The notes under the pieces are model-generated. The model had not been told where the DNA came from. It made no database searches and saw only the letters and a list, made by a program, of their open reading frames with translations. From contig NW_026779211.1 of NCBI RefSeq assembly GCF_030144855.1, forward strand, positions 62,001 to 126,000: a stretch of DNA of 64,000 nt. The letters run 5' to 3'. The translations under genes and the position numbers were made by a program. Below are positions 61,990 through 64,000 of this stretch, in pieces. The stretch's first letter is position 1. Every line of letters begins with the position of its first letter. Source of the stretch: Hypanus sabinus (Eukaryota).

Positions 61990-62880
61990 TGAATGGACCG
62001 TCAAGCTGGTGATCTTCGGGCTTCCTCTCGCCGAGGCTTCAGCTCAGGGACGCTACAGTCAGAGTAGACAAAGGAAAGTACTTAGTGAAGATTGTTTTTC
62101 TTCCCTTCTTTAAATCTGATCAGTTAGGAAAACAGAGATGCCAAGCGGGATAGTTACGTGCTCCTCTTGCGGGATCTGGGAAGGCTTGGAGACCTCCAGC
62201 AGCGCTGACGAGCACAGCTGCGAAAGCTGCGTTCAGGCTGCAGCTTCGAACAATCTGCGTTAAGGAGAATGAGCTTGAAATGGACGACATCATTCGGGAG
62301 GCTCAGTGATAGAAAGGAAATATAGAGAAGAAGTTACACCCAGGGCCCTGGGCACAGGAGAATGTGTGACAGTCTGGAAGGAGAAAGGGCTGAAGGGTTC
62401 AGGACAGAGATCTCATGTGGTCATCTCCCACAACATTTTGGATACCATCGCGGAGTTTGGGTGTCGGGAGAATCACCTAACTGTGTTCAGTCACAATGGT
62501 CGGGTGTCCAGCAGTCAGTTGGCCTCAGTGGCTCAGAAAGGAAGTGGGCGTTGAGCGATGCGGTGTCTGCGTGTATGTGGGGTGGGCGGGGAGCAGCATC
62601 ATGAAAGTCACATTGTGGTGATACGGTATTCGTTCGTGGTGCGGACAGCTGGTTTTGTCGCGACAACATCAGGGATGTCTCGGGTTGAGTCCTCAGCATA
62701 ATTAACTGGGAGAGTGAACAGCCAGGAAAAGTGGCCCATTGAGTTACCAGTGACATGAGTAGGATGATGGAAGAAGTACTGCAATGCCAATTCCGGGAGT
62801 AGAGCTAAGTTAAAAGGCAGGACTTTCAGGATTTCCAACCCGTGCCACGTGCTTGTGAGGCCGGAACCAGGAAGACTATA
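61990..62880 (+). mobile_element. Old CR1 ORF1 relic
   Basis: Degenerate CSSCGxWE...CESC zinc-finger region and esterase-like segment. Confidence 0.55.
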
Positions 62881-64000
62881 CCGAACAAAAGGTTGCTAAA
62901 GATTTGCTTTTACATCCCAGCTGTCTGGAAATGGGTGCAAACCTTGCATTTCGCTTGCTCAACTTTCTGTATATCTTCCTGAAGGGAATCTTCCCAAAAT
63001 GTTCTCAAGCTCTGCTTTTTTTTTCAATTTCTCACCATTGTTAAAATAGTCCAGGCCTGTACAGAGAGTATGCAGTTTACTATAGGCTGAAAGAGTTATA
63101 AAAACAAATTATTTAATGGATATAATCATTTGGAGCACACATAACAGTTAGACATCAATATCTGAAAAAAAAAGCTGAAGTGGGCTGAAATAAAAGAGGA
63201 AAGTCAAAGACGGTGGAACATCGACAGGGTAAATAAGCCCAGGAAGGAAGTTTTACCAGCTGCTGAGAAACAGAAAAGGCACAAAACCTTACTGTAAATA
63301 CAAGAGCCAGATTCCTACAAATTACATGAGGACCGATCAGTGATTACAGACAGGGCGATTCATAATAACCGTCCGGATAATATAAAACACAGTTCAGACA
63401 AAGAACAACAATTATTCAATAGATGCAGCCATTGGGAACGCAGATAACAGACAGAAATCGATGTTTGTAAAAAAACACCACCATATGCTGAATGAAAAGA
63501 GGAAAGTTAAAGAGGATGAAACATGAACGTGGTTAATATTGTCCCTAAAGTAATAGTTGTAACAAGTATCATCACAGTCATGACAAAGCCGCATTGAAAT
63601 ATTTGCCCTACAGATAAAATATTTATATAATTTGCAAGAAATCTGCAACACTAAACACCTTTAAATATGTCGAAAGCTCCGAACTATTGAGAAACGGGCG
63701 AGTTTGGTTCAGGTTTTATCAGCGGGGCGGTGAGTGTTCTTATCCACTCCCGTTCTAACACCTGATGTCATCAATGTCACAAATGCTCCTAAACCTCAAT
63801 TAGGAATCCTAATCCCTGAATCAAGTCCCTGGTTTAAGGGAAGAAAATCACACCAAAGTCCAGCTGCGCCTTTGTCAAGAACGGTTGCCTTACTTCTTTA
63901 GTTCCTGACAAGGACAAAGAAATTGGAGCCTCTTGAGTCTCACCAATATTTAAAGCTTCCTGTGCTTTCCTAATTAGCGGCTAATCATTGACTTGGCTAT

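Noticed and set aside
1-64000. D, J or C segments and 12-RSSs
   Set aside because: Every nonamer-heptamer pair found has a 23-bp spacer and abuts a V. No FGxG J motif or C-domain exon was seen in a manual scan.

Overview
Vertebrate genomic DNA, most likely a cartilaginous fish and probably a batoid. This is inferred from the CR1, Rex1 and Tc1 repeat content and from a GPR139/142-like GPCR of the type expanded in chondrichthyans. Positions 1-49.4 kb hold a cluster of 14 germline T-cell receptor V segments, best read as TCR-beta. Intact members have a leader exon, a phase-1 intron, a V exon and a 3' RSS with a 23-bp spacer. They fall into five families: A (SQSVRQ...CAWS), B (SQKIHQ...CAWS), C (xQDIVQ...CGWS), D (AVYVEQ...CACSS) and one relic E. 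Families A-C closely resemble the mammalian TRBV30/Trbv31 lineage. Seven segments lie on + and seven on -. Eight look intact (4 +, 4 -) and six are defective. The cluster is built from a duplicated B+/A-/C+ unit that is inverted between the left (1-17 kb) and right (28-50 kb) arms. CTCF-like motifs in the two arms converge on about 18-21 kb, and an Ets/E-box motif is conserved just 3' of the family A and C RSSs. No D, J or C segment was found. The right end holds a solo LTR, a two-exon class A GPCR gene with an in-frame stop, and a near-full-length decayed CR1 LINE in that gene's intron. N-runs hide some junctions. All alignments and motif scans were done by eye.
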